DNA of 18,501 nt, from contig JBEPZV010000043.1 of the NCBI GenBank assembly GCA_041640655.1, positions 1-18,501 on the forward strand. Reading direction: 5' to 3'. The stretch is from a bacterium (GTDB lineage: Bacteria; Acidobacteriota; Blastocatellia; HR10). The first letter of the stretch is position 1. Each line of letters opens with the position of its first letter. The notes beneath the pieces were generated by a model. It was not told the DNA's origin and ran no database searches. It saw only the letters and a program-made list of their open reading frames with translations. Below are positions 15,712 through 18,501 of this stretch, one piece after another. The position numbers and the translations under genes were made by a program.

Positions 15712-17415
15712 ATGGACGATCTTCGACCGGGAGAGCAGAAGAGAGAGACGAAAGCCGCGCGGATCGAACGGCTGAAGGCGGCGAAGAACCCGTGGGCGCA
15801 TTTCGAGGAGATCCTGCGGTTCGCCGAGAAGGGGCATGAGGCGATCCCGCGCGAATGGCTGGAGACGTACTTCCGGTGGTGGGGGGTCTACACGCAGGGC
15901 GATGGTCGGGGGGTGTTCGGGCAGGCGACGCCCTATTTCATGGTGCGCATTCGCATCCCGAATGGTCTGCTCGTCTCGCATCAATTGCGGACGATCGCGG
16001 AGGTGGCCGAGCGCTACGCTCGGGGATTCGGGGACATCACCGTGCGGCAAAATATCCAGCTGCATTGGGTGCGCATCGAGGACATGCCCGACCTCCTCTT
16101 TCGTCTCTCTCGGGTCGGGCTGACGACGATGGGGGCTTGCGGCGATGACACGCGCAACATCACGGGTTGTCCGCTGGCGGGGATTGATCGCGATGAGATC
16201 TGCGATGCCTCACCTCTTGTCCTGCACGCGACGCGGATGTTGGTGGGGAACGAGGCCTTTTACAATCTGCCGCGCAAGTTCAAGATCTGCATCACGGGCT
16301 GTCGCGTGTGGTGCTCCTATCCGGAGATCAACGACATCGGGTTGACGGCCGTCGAGCGCATGGGACCCGGGGGGGAGCGGGAAGTTGGCTTCTCGGTGCG
16401 CGTGGGAGGGGGGCTCTCGACGGCCCCGCATTTCGGCGTGCGTCTGAACGCATTCGTTCGGTGGTCGCAGGTCTTGCCCGTCGTGCGGGGGATCGCCGAG
16501 ATCTTCCGCGATAGCGACGTCTTGCGCCAGGACCGGGCGAAGGCGCGCTTGAAATTCCTCTTCCTCGAACACGGGTGGACGGCCGAGCGCTTTCAAGAGG
16601 AGCTGGAGCGGCGCCTCGGCGTCCGACTTGATCCCGCCGTGGATGAGGAGGTGCCGGAGAACGTCTATCGGGATCATGTCGGCCTCCATCCGCAGAAGCA
16701 GGCGGGGTATTACTATGCGGGCTTCGCGATCTTGCGTGGGCGGATCACGGCCGAGCAAATGCGTCGCGCAGCCGATCTGGCGGATCGGTACGGCGATGGG
16801 CAATTGCGGACGACGAACATGCAGAATCTCGTCGTGCTCAACATTCCGGAGGCGCGCTTGGGCGCTTTTCTGCGGGAGGTCGAGGAGACGGATCTTCGGT
16901 TGGAGGCCTCTCCGTTCTGGCGTGGGGTGATCGCCTGCACGGGGACGGAGTTTTGCAAGCTGGCGATCGCTGAGACGAAGGCTTTTGCGCGGTGGGTGGT
17001 GGAGGAACTGGAGCGACGGCTGCCCGGATTCGACGAGCCGCTTAAGATCAACGTCAACGGGTGCCCGAATTCCTGCGGGCAGCATTGGATCGCCGATATC
17101 GGGCTTCAGGGGTGCAAGATGAAAGTCGGTGGGGAGCAGGTGGATGCTTTCGACATCCTCCTGGGAGGAGCCGTTGGTCGGGAGGCGACGTTCACGCGGC
17201 GCGTGGGCCTGAAGGTCCCGGCGCGTGAGATCCCGGACGTCCTGGAGCGGTTGCTGCGTGAGTACCTCCGGCGTCGGAGTCCGGGCGAGCGGTTTCATCA
17301 ATTCTGCCGGCGTCATAGCGAGGCGGAGCTGCGGGCCATGCTCGCTGGGGAAGCGGTTGAACCCGCGGTCGCTCCGCCGTGGCCGGGTCCACCGCCGCAC
17401 GGCGTGGAGGGATGA
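15712..17415 (+). CDS. Ferredoxin-dependent siroheme sulfite/nitrite reductase, SirA-like
   Basis: FRWWGVYTQ, TVRQNIQLH, GACGDDTRN, NLPRKFK, and siroheme/4Fe-4S ligand motifs ACTGTEFC and GCPNSCGQ. Start at ATG 15712 is inferred; it has no clear SD. Confidence 0.93.
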   Translation: MDDLRPGEQKRETKAARIERLKAAKNPWAHFEEILRFAEKGHEAIPREWLETYFRWWGVYTQGDGRGVFGQATPYFMVRIRIPNGLLVSHQLRTIAEVAERYARGFGDITVRQNIQLHWVRIEDMPDLLFRLSRVGLTTMGACGDDTRNITGCPLAGIDRDEICDASPLVLHATRMLVGNEAFYNLPRKFKICITGCRVWCSYPEINDIGLTAVERMGPGGEREVGFSVRVGGGLSTAPHFGVRLNAFVRWSQVLPVVRGIAEIFRDSDVLRQDRAKARLKFLFLEHGWTAERFQEELERRLGVRLDPAVDEEVPENVYRDHVGLHPQKQAGYYYAGFAILRGRITAEQMRRAADLADRYGDGQLRTTNMQNLVVLNIPEARLGAFLREVEETDLRLEASPFWRGVIACTGTEFCKLAIAETKAFARWVVEELERRLPGFDEPLKINVNGCPNSCGQHWIADIGLQGCKMKVGGEQVDAFDILLGGAVGREATFTRRVGLKVPAREIPDVLERLLREYLRRRSPGERFHQFCRRHSEAELRAMLAGEAVEPAVAPPWPGPPPHGVEG

Positions 17416-17419
17416 AGGC

Positions 17420-17713
17420 ATGAGGCGACGGGGTATCGTCTTGTTCGGCTCGCTCGCAAAGGCGCGGGACGGGAGATGGTCGTGTCCTCGCATGTGCATG
17501 TGTCGGGGCGCGCCAGCAGCGGGCCTCCGTGGGAGGGAGCGGCGAGGCGAGGATCACGGCGAGGCCCGCTCTCGGGAATTCCCGAAGCGGGCCTTTTCAG
17601 TGAGGAGGGAGAGCGATGGAGAACAGGCAGCAGTTGGAACACTTGCTCATCGGCCTGCCCTCGGAGGTGCAGGCGGAGATTCGTCGGTTTGCGGAGGAGA
17701 TCGAGGCCCTTGA
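17420..17713 (+). CDS. Putative Cys/Met-rich leader ORF (MRRRGIVLFGSLAKARDGRWSCPRMCMCRG...)
   Basis: ATG 4 nt after the upstream stop with SD GGAGGG. Cys codons at 17483, 17495 and 17501; Met at 17492 and 17498. The frame continues out of frame into the next gene. Confidence 0.5.
   Translation: MRRRGIVLFGSLAKARDGRWSCPRMCMCRGAPAAGLRGRERRGEDHGEARSREFPKRAFSVRRESDGEQAAVGTLAHRPALGGAGGDSSVCGGDRGP
17518..17597 (+). terminator. Attenuator: antiterminator (17518-17570) versus intrinsic terminator (17561-17597)
   Basis: GAGGCCCGCT (17561-17570) pairs either with upstream AGCGGGCCTC (17518-17527) or with downstream AGCGGGCCTT (17586-17595). The terminator has inner stem TCGGG-AATT-CCCGA and is followed by a short U-tract. 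Confidence 0.75.
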
Positions 17714-18501
17714 GGCCGGACGGCGCGATCCGGAGGATTTCAAGCGCTTCCGACTGGAGAACGGCGTCTATGGCATTCGGGGGGCGCCGGACCGGCACAT
17801 GGTGCGGGTGAAGGTGCGGTTTGGCCGGATCACGCCGGAACAGTTGGAGGCGCTGGCGGACATCGCCGATCGGTTCACGCCGAATCGGCGCGTGCATCTG
17901 ACGACGCGGCAGGACATCCAATTTCACGGCGTGCGGCGCGAGGATGTCCCTGTGGTACTTGCGCACATCGCGCGCGCGGGGCTGACGACGCGCGAGGCGT
18001 GTGGCAACACGGTCCGCAACGTCACGGCCTGCGCGCTGGCGGGCATCTCGCCGACCGAGGTCTTCGATGTGACGCCTTATGCGGATGCCGTCTCGCGCTA
18101 TTTCCTGCGCCACCCCATCGCGCAGAATCTCCCGCGAAAGTTCAAGATCGCTTTCGAGGGGTGTCGTGAGGACCATGCGCGCGTGCGGATTCACGACATC
18201 GGAGCCGTCGCCACCGTGCGCGAGGGGCAACGCGGGTTCCGCTTGTACATCGCCGGAGGATTGGGGGCTCAGCCGCGCGCGGCCGAGGTGCTCGAGGACT
18301 TCACGCCAGCTGATCTCTTGATCCCCACCTGTGAGGCCGTGCTTCGCATCTTCGATCGGCATGGGGAGCGCCGACCCGAGCATACGTTTCGCATGCGGGC
18401 GCGGATGAAGTTCCTGGCGCGGCAGTGGGGGATCGAGCGGTTGCGCGAGGCCATTCTCGCCGAGCGCCGCGTGCTCCTGGCCACGCGGTCGGGACGAACG
18501 C
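17616..18501 (+). CDS. Second siroheme sulfite/nitrite reductase (3'-truncated; absent from ORF track)
   Basis: SD GAGGAGGGAG, ATG 17616. My translation: MENRQQLEH...FKRFRLENGVYGIR...HMVRVK...HLTTRQDIQFH...TREACGNTVRNVTAC...NLPRKFKIAFEGC...GGLG...RARMKFL. Open to the window end. Confidence 0.92.
   Translation, partial: MENRQQLEHLLIGLPSEVQAEIRRFAEEIEALEAGRRDPEDFKRFRLENGVYGIRGAPDRHMVRVKVRFGRITPEQLEALADIADRFTPNRRVHLTTRQDIQFHGVRREDVPVVLAHIARAGLTTREACGNTVRNVTACALAGISPTEVFDVTPYADAVSRYFLRHPIAQNLPRKFKIAFEGCREDHARVRIHDIGAVATVREGQRGFRLYIAGGLGAQPRAAEVLEDFTPADLLIPTCEAVLRIFDRHGERRPEHTFRMRARMKFLARQWGIERLREAILAERRVLLATRSGRT

Noticed and set aside
17395..17470. GTGGAGGGA resembling a SAM-I riboswitch core upstream of a sulfur gene
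   Set aside because: Lacks the ATCxAGAG, GGCCC, GCAACC and GTGCxAA elements. The match lies in the last codons of the reductase and doubles as an SD.

Overview
GC-rich bacterial chromosomal window with no tRNA/rRNA, mobile element or CRISPR array visible. Gene content and protein styles suggest Acidobacteriota, possibly Blastocatellia (inference). In order: 5'-truncated alanine racemase, a CPBP/Abi membrane protein with QQ in place of the catalytic EE, and a short-form SppA. Minus strand: ribH-nusB-exported hypothetical. Next, a P460-fold c-type cytochrome lacking the cross-link Lys (cytochrome c'-beta-like), divergent from a tandem double-HxlR regulator. Then a DcaP-like porin with an exported transglutaminase-like protein, a tandem ACT protein, a 1291-aa secreted FG-GAP/beta-helix/3xPKD protein, and a barrel-Ig-polyproline-OmpA envelope protein. 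The window ends with two tandem siroheme sulfite/nitrite reductases; the second is absent from the ORF track because it runs off the end. The most striking unannotated signal is regulatory. Each reductase is preceded by a Cys-containing leader ORF with alternative RNA structures. The second leader (C-P-R-M-C-M-C) sits just upstream of mutually exclusive antiterminator/terminator hairpins, which makes it a candidate Cys/Met-sensing ribosome-mediated attenuator inside a sulfur-assimilation operon.
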